Positions 1 to 14,406 are shown, counted from the stretch's first letter. The stretch is DNA of 64,000 bases from Podospora anserina (GCA_017654855.1 CM030335.1:2294001-2358000), one strand, 5' to 3'. Notes: a model not told the origin generated them from the letters alone. Translations and numbers: made by a program.

Positions 1-241
1 ATCCGTGGGCCGTTATTCTGGGTTTGGGGGCTGGGTACATTTGTTTGTATACTACGACTTTGCATGTGGTTGGCATGGCGTTTGAGCTTTTTGATGTTGG
101 GGATTTGCATGGTCCAAGCATTGTTTGGTAGAGCTTTGAAGTATAAAGCAGAGTGTGCAAGCGTTGATGATGTTTTCTGTGGACTGTTTACTTGAGTGCT
201 CAACTATGTCTTCTGTGATTTGAGGTTTGCTTGGTGACCCC

Positions 242-460
242 ACGTCGTGGACAAAATAATACAGACTGCAACGCATAATGAAGGGCTTAAAAGATGATAG
301 AAAACATATTCGACTATCTTTTCAAGGCCTTTGGGCTCTCTTTTCAATGCCTTTCGACAATCTGTAAAGGTCGATTAACTGTGACTGAATACCTATCATG
401 TTGTCTTCAAGTCCTGTTGACGATCTTTTCAGGCATACTGGCTATCAGTAAAGGTCTATT
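242..460. repeat. Degenerate 21-bp-period array (AGGCCT-core family), copy 1
   Basis: Core hexamers at 283 GGGCTT, 325 AGGCCT, 347 ATGCCT, 368 AGGTCG, 389 ATACCT, 410 AGTCCT, 431 AGGCAT and 452 AGGTCT, spaced 21-22 bp. Spacers right of about 304 are reverse complements of the family spacer (e.g. 416-430 GTTGACGATCTTTTC). The left boundary is approximate. Confidence 0.75.
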
Positions 461-1224
461 TCTTTTCTATCCGCAGCATGGTGACTTACTCAGGAAAAGT
501 GACAACCTGTTGACTTCTCTATACTTCGCCAGGTACACGTTCAGGCACCAACGTCATCCGCGGGGGTCTAATCTGCATTTCTATCCAGCTCCCAGTCCTC
601 TCCCACAGCATTGAACTCCCCTCTCAACATCATGTGAGAGTGGTCACAAGGTCAGTTGGATTTTTCCTCCTCCTCAATTCAGCGTAATGATTGGTTACTT
701 CATCGCACTGTGCCATAATGTACCTACTTGGAGAAGTTGGGGTAAGTAAGACTCGGGGTTCTTCCAAGCTCTCTGTATGGTGATGACGATGTTGACTTTC
801 TGCGGGGTACCTGTAAAACCAAGGCTGTATTCATTTGTTGAAAAGTATCTGTAAAGGAAAATACCTAGTAGGTATAGACATCGCACAAAGACATACGTGG
901 GCTGTCGAAAGCTGATGATGCACTTCCTAAGGTATGCTCACTATACAACATAATGCTTCCGATATATGAGAGTATTCTCATGCCAGTGTATGCTTCCTCC
1001 ATGCTCATGCCATGCTGTCATGCTGTCATGCTCTAGTATATCCCTTGAGACCGCTTGCTATACCTGTTTCCCTTGCCTTGTTGCCAATGACACCCAAACA
1101 CCCCTGTATAATACAAAACTTTAACCTGATAACCTCTATCCTAGACTGAATCCCCAATAATGATTACCAAACATGAATAACAGTATACCCTAACAAACCC
1201 CCTCCCCAAACCATACCCATAATC

Positions 1225-4200
1225 CTAACCCATCAACTCATTCAAAATATCCCTCACCACCGGCCCCCCCTTAGTCAACATCCTCTCCCCAATCCTCTTC
1301 CTCCCCATCGTCGGCTGCTTCGACACCCCCCCCCTAATATTCTCCTTATTCCTATCCCCGACCCTATTCACCCCCACCCCCCCAGCAACAAACCTCTCTA
1401 TCAACTTCCTCCCCTTCAACGGACTCTCCTCCACCATCTTCTTCACCACCGCCGACCTCCTCACCGGCGTCCTCCCCTTCGCCGGACTCAAATAATCCTC
1501 CACAAACGAAAAATAATGCCCCTCAAACTGCTCCCTCCCCAAATCATACACCCACTGCCTCTGCACCATCAACTCCACAAACCGCTTGATCATGTCCTTC
1601 TCCCCTTCTTGTCCCTGTTGTTGCTCTGACCCCTCCCCCAAAAGCGTCTTCTTACTCCCTACCACCAATAACTTGACCTTCGCCCTGGTAAACGCAACAT
1701 TGATCCTCCTCCAATCCTTCAACAACTCGCCAATGGAGCCAGAGTCATTGCTGCGGACGAGAGAAAGTAAAATAACAGACTTGTCCCGACCTTGAAAACG
1801 ATCGGCGGTGTGCATCTCGACATCTCTCCCCCCGGTGCTTCCCCTCAGGTGGTACTTCAGCAGCGCGAGCTGAGAGCGGTAGTGAGTCATTACTCCGATT
1901 TCTTCCGCGGGGACACCGCACAAAACAAGGGAATCGACCAGCTGGGTGATGATTTTGGCTTCGGTGGGGTTGACGATGCGGTTGCCTTTTGCTTGCTCCT
2001 GGCTATCGGGGAGGAGATCAGTGTTGATAAACTTGACGCGGGTGGAGGGTGTGATGAGATCGTGTAGCCAGCAGCTGTTTGGTTTTGGCGCAGGGCAGCA
2101 GTGGGTGCCGGCGGGGGGTTTCTGAGAGAAGGTCTCCGCGTCATGATGCCGCTGCTTCAAGGTTTCGATATGAGGAACGTGAAGTTCCGCGTTGCGGAGG
2201 GATTCAGTCCCGCATTTGAGTCTGCCTTTGTAGATGAGCGTGTTGGAAAGGGTCATGATGTCTTCTGACATGCGGTATTGATGCTCGAGATTAACCACCG
2301 AGGATGGGTGGGCGTCGGAGAGGAGTTTGAAGAGGGAGACATCAAGACCACCAATCCGGGCCTCGTTGTTTTGGACCAGAGGCGGGAGTTGGTTGTGATC
2401 ACCGACGAGAACAAAAGTGCGGGCCATTCTGATCGGGCCAAGGCAGATGGGCAGGGTGATCTGAGATGCTTCGTCCACAATACAATAGTCGAATACCCGC
2501 TCGTTGAAGACGGGATGGTTGACGCCTAGACAGGTGGTGGCCACCACAGGGGTGCCATGCCAGGCTCTGCGGATCTCGTCAAACGAGGACATGGGTTGAC
2601 TGGCGAGAGTAACAAAGTCGCGAACCTCGGGGTGAACCTTGGCTGGCGCTCCCAGACGCAGAATGGGGATTTTATCGTCTTTCAGCTTGAGGAGAATATT
2701 GTCCACAGCGGTGTGGGTGTACGACGTCAGAAGAAGCGTCTTGCCTTGACCGATGAGAGCCCGGATGATGTGCGCGATGGTAGTGGTTTTGCCAGTACCG
2801 GGCATGCCCAGAACCAAAGCGTAGTCCTTGGCACTCATCACCTTCTCCACGGCTGCCTTTTGGTCGACGTTCAAGCTGTTCTTGCCCGGAACCGAATACT
2901 GAGTGGGAGCAGACTTGAAGCTGGGGGGTATCAAATCTACCACAAGCTGACGTATCCGCTGAAAGCCCCGAGGACCATTCGTCATGATCTGAACAAGATT
3001 ATTCCGCACCGTCGCCATTCCGTTGCTGAACTCGTCCTTGTCGAGTCTGTACCGAATAGGGGGCTCTTTGATCTTCCCCTGACTTTGTGCCGGAGCTGCC
3101 CCCTCGGGCGCCACCTCCATGATACTCGCAAACACCTGATTATCCACCTCGTCGAACCCAGGCTGTCGAATGCGGGCATTATGTAATCTCCTGTCAACCG
3201 CCACGCTAATCCTTTGCTTCCTCACAGCCGTAACGTACCCCAACGCAAGCGCGAAATGCCCCTGCTCGTCAGACACAACAATCGGCTCTCCAACCTGAAG
3301 CTGCGAGTCCATGAAAGAAAACCCAGCCGCCGGACTCTCCTTGATAAACGTGTACGTGAACCGGTTAATCTTGGCCTGGTTTTCATCCTCAAACGCCGAG
3401 CCCTCCTCGATGATGACATTAGCAAAACATCGACCGACCTTCTCGCGTTCGGTGCTGACCATAGTCCAAAGCTCGCGGCGGAGTTTCTGACTTTCCTTTT
3501 CTTCCTTGGTCAAGAGATCCTCCCACTTCAAAAAGAACTCTTGATGCCTCGGAGAAAGATGTTGAACGGCAGCCTCGAATTTCTCGTTCAGCCCACTCGT
3601 GTCGCCATTTCCACCATCGGCAAGCTTATGGTAGATGAAACAGGACGTCCGAGCATAACATCTTTCGCAAGCATTCTTGCTTCTCTTCATGGGCGGTAGC
3701 TGAACACTTCTTTCGCGGATATAACAGGCCAGCGCGTTGCGCTGCATAATCATATGCCGAAGCTCATGTCTGATGGCGGGAATTCGGAGAGTCTGCGACG
3801 TCTCCATATAGTACAGAATACCGTAGGCGATTTCAATATCGTATCGATCCGACAGCAACAGATTGTACAAGACAGTTTGAGCCTGGTGGTTGGCGGTGGC
3901 GTTCTTTCCGGTTTTGACCTCAAAAGGTACAGTCAACGTCTGTGAGACATTGCCTTCGCGCATTGTGACCTGCACTGTCGCATCAATGTTGCCTTTGAGG
4001 CCATACATGGGAGACCAGACATGCTCCTCAACATCCAAAAGCTTGCTGACACACATGTTGATCTTTTCGCCGTTTCGTCCTTGAACGTTGGCATTCGCCT
4101 GGGGTGCCGCAGAAACAAATGCCTGGGCCCAGGACCTGAGCTCCGGCATCTTCGAAACAAGATGATTGCGGGCATCGTCCATGCTGACCTTAATGACATA

Positions 4201-6241
4201 GATATCCTCCATGTGCTTCTGGAGCGTCTTGTCGATGACATCCCGCAGATAGTCCATAGTCCATTCGTTGGCCATCAGAGCCGCCTGAAACACCTCGTGG
4301 AGAATGGTACCATAGACCAGAGCAGGCGTCGCTTCGCTGGTTGCCTTGACGCGATCCTGGAGGACAGCACGTCGCATGCACGTGAAAGAATCCGCAATCA
4401 CTGTCGAGGAAATGAGCTGGTCTGGGTGCAAAATGATGATGTTGTGGTTGTTGTCGATGATGCATCGGCGAGAAGGCTCAAAATCACCAATGATATGAAC
4501 ATAGGCTTTGGGGTTGGCCTGTGTATCAACCCAGTCACCCCTGAGATGGACCATGTATGTTGTCTTGGTGCCCTCATGCTCTACCCAAAGGACCTATTGT
4601 TGTCTTAGCGGCATATAATCACCTTTTCTGAGCACATGGCATACCTTTTCCTCGGATTCACGTCCACGGTCATCGACATAGGAGCTCTCCAGCACATTTG
4701 TAATCAAATACCTCTGGATAGCTTTTGGCTTTTGACTTGGCTACACCAAAGAAAGTCTTAGCATACCTCGTCGCGGTGTTTTCATATTGGCTACCGTATG
4801 ATACGTACATGTGTTGGCAGGGCGTGGGCAGATGCCCCTTGTGTGGCGGCTAGCTCCATCGCATCAAAGTCGGCATCATCAAAATCATCGTCATCAAAGC
4901 CACCCCCATATGCACCATCATCATCATCCCCCCCACCGTCATCAAGAACGGGCTGGGCTTGCTGCTGCGCTGGGGCTTGACTTTGGGAAGCATGTTGTGC
5001 TTCTATTTGTGTAATGAGATTTTCTGCGCCCTCCAAAAAATCCACATCAAAATCATCAAACTCGTCGTCGTCGAATTCGTCAGCTGCGGATTTTGGCTGT
5101 GGTTTGGCGCTTGGGACTTCCTCCCTTGGAGGGTCGACCTCTTTCGTAGGAAGTATTGTAGCGTCAAGCTCCATGAGAGTATCATCGTCGAAATCGTCAT
5201 CGCCGTAGTCCGAGGAAGTCTTACTTCTTGCGGGGGCGGCGTCCGGGGCGACTCTGGAGAGCTTCTGGGCGAGTGGAGAACTTGTAGGAGGTTCTCGTGA
5301 AGGAGATCGGCTTCTGCTGGTGTCGACAGTTTGCGATCCTTGTGAGGACGACTTTCGGGCTTGGACCTCGAATGATCTACTAAGCTCACCACCAACGGTT
5401 TTCAACATTTCTTCAACCATGACCGATTTGGACTGTGAGGCGTTCGTTCGGGTGCCAAGCTCTGTTTCGTCCAGTCCCCCAAGCTTCCGTCTCTTGGGCC
5501 AGTTCCGGCCCAGACTGAGTGTTTTCCTCAAAGACCGTTGGCTGCCAGGTGCCATCCCATCCCGGGCGGGGCGAGGAGACGAAGACACCATCAGATCGGC
5601 AGGTGATGGATTCGCAAGGCGAGATGGACTAGCGTCTGTCCCAATAATGTTGTAGGAACCCCAGAGCGCTGATGTTGGGTCGTCACGAAGAGGTCCGAGG
5701 CCTTGGTAGGTCTTCCTGACACCAGCGGCGGGTGTGGTACCCTTGGTGATGGGCGAAGAGACTGGCGACGAGCTTCTAGCACGCCTTTTCCGATTTTGAT
5801 AGAGCAGTATAGTCGATATTCCAGATTCGTGGGGGTTAATGTCGTTTGCCCACATCAGCCGTTCGCTAGGGGAGTCCTCTTGGTCGGCTTTTGGGGCGGC
5901 TTTTGGGACGTCATCCAGGGAAGGCGAGGACTGAGGAGCTACTTGTGGAATCGAGTCGACGATCTCTTCTTTCTTGAGGAAGTCGACGGTAGAATCGGAC
6001 TCGGCGGCTGACTCGCAGTCTTTGGCATCAAACTGAAATGCCTTGAGCTTGGTCTTTGTTTTGGAGGAGACCCGGAGGGCAGGTCTGGGTTGAGGAGGGT
6101 TGGGGTGCGTCTTCGATCTTTGCCATTGCGATCGCTATTCACCTGTTAGTTACCATCTGCAATCATGTGGGGTTGGGATGGAAGACCAACCTTGGAGGGT
6201 AACTTGTTGCTGTCCGAATAGGACTTCTGTAGTGGAGGCAT
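1225..6241 (-). CDS. DNA2: DNA replication ATP-dependent helicase/nuclease Dna2
   Basis: ORF 1225..4554 has the Fe-S cysteines (CMRR; CERCYARTSC), the PD-(D/E)XK nuclease motif (KGNIDA..EVKTG) and SF1 helicase motifs (GMPGTGKT, VDEASQ, LVGDHNQLPP, QYRM, TADRFQG, RRINVAFTRAK). Upstream exons join in frame through GT-AG introns at about 4594-4644, 4741-4808 and 6135-6190 to an ATG at 6241. Confidence 0.95.
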
Positions 6242-6482
6242 GGTATCGTGTGGTAGGGGCGTCACCACATGGATGATATAAATAAAGACCAGAAAAAAAC
6301 ACAGTGCGGAAGTGGGCAAGACAAAACGAATGGAGGACCAAATTGGAGATGCAAAAGTGTATGGAGCAAAGCCAGGTTCAAAGTATCTAGCAATTGAGTC
6401 GACAGGACTCGTCTGTGTCTTGTCCTGGTGGCCCGGAGACCGGGGGGAGGAAGTGCCTTTTTCGACAACGCACTTAGACGGT

Positions 6483-6499
6483 ACGCGTCGGGGTCGCGT
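6483..6499. promoter_or_regulatory. Putative MCB (MluI cell-cycle box) pair in the divergent DNA2/TRAPPC11 promoter
   Basis: ACGCGT at 6483-6488 and TCGCGT at 6494-6499, about 250 bp upstream of the DNA2 ATG. MBF-bound MCB elements are typical of fungal DNA replication genes. Function is inferred. Confidence 0.5.
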
Positions 6500-6870
6500 G
6501 TGTTGACGTGCTGCCATGCTGCCCCTCCCAACATTTGGCCAGGTACAATGCCACTGATAAGATAAGCAAATACCAGGGGTCCCTGGAAACTCCACAGAAG
6601 CTGGCAGGGACAGCTGCCCCGTGTGCACCACCAACCCCTCAAGGTTCCTCTATTTTGAAGATGGCTGAAGACAGTGGCTGCTGAAGGTTACCAGAAAATC
6701 TGGGACACATTGCAAACGTCAAACGCTACCGATGAAACCCACCAGACTTGCATCGCCGAGCTTCTAGGGTCATTTCTCGTGGGCGAATTTGAGGGGTTCC
6801 ATGTTGAGGGGAAATCCCAACCTCCACTCTGGTCAACCTCGTTTCGCGCACCAAACGACAGCACTACACC

Positions 6871-9800
6871 ATGGACGAATACCCAGCTGGCAGTCTGGAC
6901 CATAGTGTTCCGTTCCTGCTCACACTCGGCACATCTGGCGATCCAACTTACCAGTCAGGCCTGAGTGCAGTGCTCAAGGAACAGGCCATCCTGATCCGTT
7001 CCGAGCTCCCACCTCTCGATTCAGACCAGGCGCATGCCCTCTTGCGATATATCCAGAACCGCGATGCGTCAAACCTGCCCTGTAATGGCCGAGATGCGCC
7101 AAAGAAGCACCGATTCCACGTCAAGACGGCCGAGAGGGTAGGTGGACGATTCCGCGCAAATGTCTATCTTGTCCAAGATAGGGACCTGATGTTTATGTGC
7201 ATACCTAGTCAATACTCCTACCGCCTCGCCGCGCGCGCCTCCCAGATGGCATCGACATGCCCTCACCAACTGCTGTGCTACACTCTCCCTACTCTCCCCT
7301 GAGTCCCATCTCACCATTATACCCCGACGGTCTGATCGATACGCAGTGGATTCGCAAACACCAGGACCTCGTCCCCAGTGTGTTACTGTGCTTCTATACC
7401 CTTACTTCCGACCCAACACTTGCGACGCTTAATGACAACAAAATCAAGACGGATGTGAACAACATCAGGGCCCTTCTCAGCCAGTCCGGCTATAAAACGC
7501 GCTTGGCTGTTGTGCTCTTGAGTGACAAGACATCTGCCTCAGGTGATCATGTGCAGGACCGATTGGAGAGTCTCCGAAGAGGATGTGGCATAGATGCAAA
7601 ATCTTTGTTTCTTGTACCGCCCGGTGATTCGAAGGAGGAGCTTGAGCGCATGGCTGAGAACATGCTGACAACGCTCTACACAGCCTCACTGGACTACTAC
7701 CGGGACCTTGGGAGGCATTCACGGAAGAAAAGGGGCAGGGGAGTGGCACCGCAGCCGACGGTACCACCGACCTCGGGCACATCACAAACACTCTCGCTGG
7801 CGGGATGGAATGTGCGCTATGACTTTAAAAGCGCCGTATTCGCGGAATATCGGCAGGAGATGGATGTTGCCCTAAGATCATATGAGCAGGCCTACGAAAA
7901 CCTGCTCAGCTCGGAGCTGATGGAAGTGATTCCAAGTTGGAGTCCACGGTGGAACGAGGCTAGGTTTCTCGCCGATGTCTTGGCTGTGCGCTGTCTTCGA
8001 TGTCTGTTGTGGAACGGTCAGCACAGCGCGGCTGCTCGACGATGGCAGTCCCACCGGGAGAGGATAGCCGACTTTCTCGACCGTCGAGGTCGGGGCACCG
8101 GAAACTATGGATGGGAAGCTTGGGAATCTCGATGGGCGCTTCTCATGGCCAATCTGATGGAAAAGGCCAGCATCCCCGAGTTGGCTCCGGTGACCCACAA
8201 GCTGTACCTCCAGCCGGAGAAGAATGTGATGGGGGAGCGGTTGCAGCCATGGGAATTTCTGCATCACACGGGATATTGGTATCGTCTGTCGGCAAAGCAC
8301 ATGCAAGCTAGGAGGGACTTTGCACATGCGATACCCGAAGACGATAGGAGGTCTCCAAGCATGTCGCCGGCGTCTTTTGTGGCCAAATCAGCGTTTGCTT
8401 ATGACACTTACATGTGTCCGGATCCTTTTGAAGAGTATCCTCTACATCGTGGTGGCTTTGATCACGGCCGGTTTGTGGTGGAGAGGTTGATGAAGGCACG
8501 TTCGGAGTTTCTCAAGCGGGAACAAGTACGTCTGGCCGCAGAAGTGTCCCTGGAATGTGCCCGAGAACTCGGCCTGGCTGAGGAGTGGTCCGGCATTGTC
8601 AAGCTGCTGCGTCCGTTGTGGAAAGACTTGCCATTCAGAAGTGAGGGCTGGACCACAATTGCGGAATTGTTGAGCTGGAATCTCCGGGCTGCCGCAGTGG
8701 AACTTGACGATGCTGAGTTGGTGGTGACTATTGATTGGGAGCTGTTGAACCAGAGTACGTTCTTATGGCAGGTTCACGTTTACGTTGTGTTGACTTTGTT
8801 GCAGCTTTCCAAAAACGTCCCAACTGGGAGTATGACATTACCAAAGCTCTTGACCAAATCGATACCGAGTCCAAGCCAATAGTGTCTCTAGCCGACGGTC
8901 AAGTACTCCCCTTCATCTGGACGTCTTTTCTTTTCCGAGAAGAGGAAGGCAAAGCGGGCCAGAACGTGCGAAGTCAGCTCACGATCAAGTCCAATGCGCA
9001 TCAGGGGTCCACTCCTGTCTCTCTGACCAGTCTCTACCTCAACTTCAGCGGCAGCTTGGACCGGGTAGTTATAGAGCATGATGATGCTGCTGCGGTACAG
9101 GAAAAGAGGGGCAACACATCAATATCTTCGGTCCCGCTAACGCGCGATGATGCCGAGGCCGAAGTCACAGACCTGGGCGCTACCAACAAAAGCGTCATAC
9201 TTCAAGGCGCTGCTGACCTGACGCTTGCCCCTGGCCAGACTTTGGTATTCAACCTTGAAATTCCATTACGGGAACCAGGCGAGACGGAAGCTCAGTCATT
9301 GGTGGTGAACCTGGACACTGAGGAGTTCGACTTGCACCATGAGTTGAAGTTTCATCAGACGCCAAAAACCAACTTTTGGTATCTTTCTGGCTCTGCCACG
9401 AAACGCATTGCGCGTCCGAATCCACTCGCGATCAAGGTGCAACCTAGGCCACCGAAGCTGGAGATCAAGTGCCCGGTCTGGAAGGATCAGTACTACACGG
9501 ATGAGGCCATCGTCCTCGAATTCGAGCTCACCAATGGCGAAGATATCGAGGCGCTGGCCAAACTTGATGCTACACTGTTTGGCGAGAATCCCCCAGCGTT
9601 CACTGTTGATATTGCAGGCCATGAGTCTCAGACATCATCCAGTTCCCGCAGCGAAGAGAGCAAACTGATAGGGGCACCCCTGGGCACCATTGAAAGCTCC
9701 AAGACCTCATCAGTTCAACTTCGACTTCCACCAGTTGATCGCTCCAGCCAGTACGACCTCACCTTGAAGGTCACTTACTTTCTCCCTACCAACCCTGGTA

Positions 9801-10699
9801 CGCCGATCACCCAAACTACGACGTTTCAACTCAACATTGTCAACCCGTTTGAAGCAAACTATGATCTCCTGCCGCGGGTTCACCCGGATCCATGGCCAAG
9901 CTTGTTTGATGCGGATGGTGTCCGGAGTGCCGCTCCAGACGATGACGTTCCTTTAGCCTTCAAGGGTCTATCTCAGTCCTGGTGTCTGTTGACTCGTTAT
10001 GCCTCCTTTGCATCAGAGCCACTACGGGTGGTAGACATCGACGTGGTGCTGTCTTCCCTCCCATCAGTCAGATGCCACGCAATCAAGCACAACAATCTCC
10101 CCTCCTCGGGCGAAGGCCGACTAGTCGCCCCCAAAACCATCGAGGAAGCAGCCTTTGCGCTCAAAGCCCAAAAGGCCTCCCTCGACGAGCGAGGTCCATC
10201 ACCATTGGACGTCTCCCTCGTCATCAAATGGTCTCGTCCGGAGGTCTCGGATCAAATCAACAGCACTACTTTACCAGTGCCACGGTTCAATCTGTTTGGT
10301 ACGGAACCGCGGGTTTTGGCGACGGTCTCGCATATGTTTACACCGCACCCGTTGGTGGTCTTGACGGTGTATATTGAGAATGCGTCGAATCATCTGTTGA
10401 CGTTTGGGCTGACGATGGAGCCGAGTGACGAGTTTGCGTTTTCGGGGCCGAAGCAGACTAGTCTGAGCTTGTTGCCTGTGCAGAGGAGGGGGGTGGAGTA
10501 TAGGTTGGTGCCGTTTGATGATTTGGGGGAGGTGGGGAGGTGGGTGGGTGTTGGGTTGGTGGTTAGGGATAAGTATTATCAGAAGGTGCTAAGGGTTGTG
10601 CCCGGGGGCGAGGGGGTTAGGGGGACGAAGGAGGGGGGTGTGGAGGTTTGGATTCCGGGACGGGGGGAGGTGGAGGGGGGGGATGGGAAGGGGGAGTAA
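6871..10699 (+). CDS. TRAPPC11: Trafficking protein particle complex subunit 11 (Foie gras/Gryzun domains)
   Basis: Three exons joined by introns 7138-7208 and 8755-8804. Family-like motifs include SPLSPISPLYPDGLID..W..KH, GWNVRYDFK..FAEYRQE, and a Gryzun-type C-terminus (PFEANYDLLPRVHP, NASNHLLTFGLTMEPS.EFAFSGPK). Confidence 0.88.
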
Positions 10700-10841
10700 G
10701 GGGGTTAAAGAGAGTGATGGTGTAGATGTTTGGTCTTGTGTTAGTTTGAGATACCTATGAATGAGATGTTAGTGAGATTTGTAGACGTAGATATTGCGCA
10801 GCAGGTTGTGGGCACGGAAGTGAAACTGCTATGTGGAATAG

Positions 10842-11121
10842 ATGCCTGAAGTGTAGTTAAGAGGCCTTTCAATATGTTAATATGGCCTTTTAACGTGATT
10901 GATATGCCTTTCAACATGATCAACACGCCTTCCGATATAAATAAGTGATAGACCTTTAAAAATCATCAAGAGGCCTCTGGACATGATTGATAGGCTTCAA
11001 AAGATAGTTAATAGGCCATTCAAAATAATCAATAGGCTTTACAACATAACTGACAGGTGTTTTAGGACAATTAGGAGGCATGTTTATGAGATCTTGAGGT
11101 CTTCAGATTAGGTCAAGGTCT
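10842..11121. repeat. Degenerate 21-bp-period array (AGGCCT-core family), copy 2
   Basis: Cores at 10842, 10862, 10883, 10904, 10925, 10950, 10971, 10992, 11013, 11034, 11055, 11076, 11097 and 11116. All steps are 21 bp except one 25-bp step and the two terminal steps (20 and 19). Spacers resemble TTCAACATGATCAAC and CAAAAGATAGTTAAT. Confidence 0.85.
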
Positions 11122-12489
11122 CTTTTATTTAGTCCTCTACACGATATGTAATTGTAGACGTAATTCATCATGCCCTGTGAGTTTAGAAACTTCCAGGCAT
11201 ATCTATCCACACCAGCCAAAATTATACCCCTGAATAACCCCTTAGTACTTTGGATGTGCAGCTGGCACACGAGACCAGTATCTTTTCTTTTTCAGGAATC
11301 AGTTCTCACAAATTGTTGCTGTTTGCAGGTGAGAGACAACAAGATGCTATCCACACTGCCACATGCTCATCGTTCTTTCAACCGTAATTAAACATGGAGT
11401 ACTCGAACCACATTCCAATTCCACCACCTCAAAGGGAATCATCCGATGGCAATTTCCATTCACTCTTCCACAATAGCAATTTATGGACTTGAGATATTGC
11501 CCAAATGTGAATGACAATAACACCTTAACAGGTAGGTGATTGACAGTGCCTGAATGCCAACAAACACAGGGCCAGACATTCACTGGTGGGCCGTGCGTTG
11601 CCGCTAACAGCCGCTACTGCTACCTGTGTGAGAACCAACGCACAGCCAGCGAGAAACACAGCGCAACCCAAGCCGCAGGCGTCACCACTCGGGCTCTTAT
11701 TTTCCGCTGCTTGAGTAGTCAGCCTCATCTGGACACCCCTCAACCTGGCAACGACAGGAAGAGAGAAATTGCCAACTGAATCGCGACATCGGAGGTGTGG
11801 TTGGTTTCTGGATCGACAAGATATCAGAAACACCGTCGTATCAATTCCTCGGCTTGCTCAGGTACCATCCGCCATCCCCTCCAGGTCAGCATATCCAGCT
11901 CGCCTTGCCTGCAGCAGCCAGCCCAACCGCCAACGCAGACCCCCGCCAGATCCAGTTTCGGCACCGTGCACCTGCCAGGTCCTATTTTCTTCTGCTGGCG
12001 ACCATTCTTCCGAAATTTGATCTCGTTCGGCCGACTTTTGGTTCAGCTTGAGCATATCCCCCCCTCTTCTACTTCCTACACCGTCTCTCTCTCTCTCACT
12101 GCGACCCGCTTCGATTAGTCGTCGACAGAGCCACTCTTTCTCGGCGACCGACTACTACAGACAACAAAACAGATCCAGCCTACCCCTCGATCGACGACCG
12201 ACCGACCGCTTCCCCTTACCCCTCGCTACGCCCAGACTGTACGATAGCGTCACCGCTTTCACACGGGCAAGCACACAAATTAGAGGAAATCATAGACAGG
12301 ACAAAACCAATTTAGCAAGAGTTGGACCATAGAATACCAGGGCGACTCTCTCCCGACCATTCCGACCACCAGATCGTGTGCGGGGTTCATAGCCAATACC
12401 TACCTACCTACTACCAAAGTAACCAGCTCCGGATTTCGGGGCCTCATTCGTCTTCTTCTACAAGAGTCGCCACCTTTACCGCCGCAAAC

Positions 12490-14406
12490 ATGCCCTGCTA
12501 CAAGGGCATCGCGGTGAGCATCCATGCAAATGGTGCCCCGGTGCCCGAATACGGCATCCAAAAACAGTCTCGGCTGTCACGTATCAACACTTACATCCCG
12601 GTCCCGCAGCCCCAGGTCAACCCAGAGAATAACAAGCCTGAGCCGGCCAAGTTCGCCATTTCCATTACCCTCCTGACCCCCGGCCTCGCGATACCCTACT
12701 CTGCCCCCAAAGCCACCGAAAGTAACCCGTACCCGAAGCCGCAATATGTCGGCGCTCTCCCCTCGAGCACTGGGGAGCGGGGCAAGTTCCACGGCATCGT
12801 GGCTCCGTACATTCCTATGACTCAGAGCGAGAATGAGACAATTGCCGCCTATATATACTTTGATGGTCGTGCCAAGGAGGAGGTCGCTACGCTTCTTCGC
12901 CCCGGTGAGGAAACGTGGGTGAACAGCAGATGGGTCCAAGTTCCTGAGTCGGAAGGCGGCGGGCTGGCTGAACGGGAGTTTTTGTTCCGCGAGGTTGGCC
13001 TTGAGCGCTGGCTGAATGGTCTTGATCTTCAGGGACATGATGCTGCCGAGAAGCTGGAGCGCAGAAGGCAGAAGTTTGAGAAGCGCAGAAGACGCCAAAA
13101 GAAGCTCGAGGAGGAGGCGGGTTCTTCCCACCATGGGTCTCGTGGTGCTGCCCTTAGGTATGGCGCTGATGACAAGGCCCCGCTGGAGGCTGTCGACGAC
13201 TCTCTTTCGTCTAGTGATTCGGATGATGAGCCGCCCGAGGCTACTGGCCAGATCAAGGTGGCCATGTTTAGGGTGATTGCGTCGGGCGAGATCAAGAAGG
13301 GGGAGTATTCTCCTCAGTTTGATGCTCACGACGACTCGGAAGAGGAGGGCAAGGGGAACAACAATGGGGTCGATGCCGATGTTGAGCACACGACTAGTTT
13401 CGCGAAGCCCAAGACACTTGATCCGAAGACTATTAGTACTCAGACCGTGACCGGTATCGACGGGCCGGATAAGCCTTTTGCGGTCTTCACTTTCTTTTAC
13501 AGAGGCGAACGTGAGTATTTGGCTGTTCTGACTTGTATGGTCGTGGCGCTGACGCTGAAACAGGTCAACTACAAAAGATGGGAGTCCTCGCCCCTCCAAA
13601 GCCCCAAGTCACTTCGCCCAACCTCAAGAGACGCTCTGGCCAGCTCGATTTCTCTGGCCTTGGGCCCTTGAAGACAAGCGGCACTGTGGGCTTTTCCGCG
13701 TTCCGGGACAGGGACTCTCAACCAGCAAGACGGAAGAAGTCGAGGACGAAGAGCAACGGGGGTATGAGCATAGATGCCGACAGCGATGACGATGACGACG
13801 ACGAGGACTTGAGCGAGCAGATCCTGGGCAAGATGGAGGATGTTGACACCAAGTATGACAAGTCAAAGTTGGGCCCGGAGGACGCCAAGTTTACGGGCGA
13901 GCTGGCGGATGGTGTAAACAGGATCAGGGTATGTTTTTCCCACTCTGTTGCATTTTCCTTTCTTGAACTATACTGACTTATTCTCCGCAAAATAGCTCAA
14001 GAGAGCCCACTCGGCCGAACCAGACGCCGCCCCAAGCCCCAGCAAATCACCCAACACGGGAGCCGCAACCCCTCCGGACGGAACTGGCGTTGGTTCTGCT
14101 GCCGCTGGTAGCATGCCTACGGGGTTGGCGGCCATGTTTGGGAAGAGTCTGCCGGATGACACGAATATTATTGGGAGCCCGATGAAGAAGGCGAGGCCTA
14201 GTCTGGGGGATATTGGGGAGTTAAAAGGGGGGCTGGGGGGGAGTGGAAGCCCAGGGACGACAAGCGGAGCAGGGTTCACATCTGCGCTCGGTGATATACT
14301 CGCCAAGGCTGAGGCTGCTCAGGCAAGCAAGGGTCAAACGGGGGTTGCGGCGGGGCAGGTAGCGCAGCCGCCGCCTATGTTGATGGAGGAGGAGGAGGAG
14401 CTTTGA
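12490..14406 (+). CDS. Conserved fungal hypothetical protein
   Basis: ATG at 12490 in good context (AAACATG). Introns 13511-13563 (GTGAGT..CTGAC..CAG) and 13929-13995 (GTATGT..CTGAC..TAG) link three coding-like ORFs. A globular N-terminal part (AYIYFDGR, GQIKVAMFRV, PFAVFTFFYRG) is followed by a low-complexity tail. Confidence 0.85.

Noticed and set aside
1-195. Open + strand frame at the window start
   Set aside because: G/T-rich low-complexity sequence typical of 3' flanks here. It has no recognisable motif and cannot be judged without upstream sequence.
5880-5915. Suspected frameshift or slippery site (CCCAAAAGCCG repeat) in the DNA2 N-terminus
   Set aside because: On re-reading the frame is continuous (DDVPKAAPKADQEDSPSERLMW). 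The ORF track simply starts at the first downstream ATG.
12577-13599. 340-aa antisense ORF over the hypothetical gene, and similar long antisense ORFs over DNA2, AIM21, the F-BAR gene, the dehydratase and NOT1
   Set aside because: These are shadow ORFs expected from GC-rich codon bias on the opposite strand and have no domain motifs.
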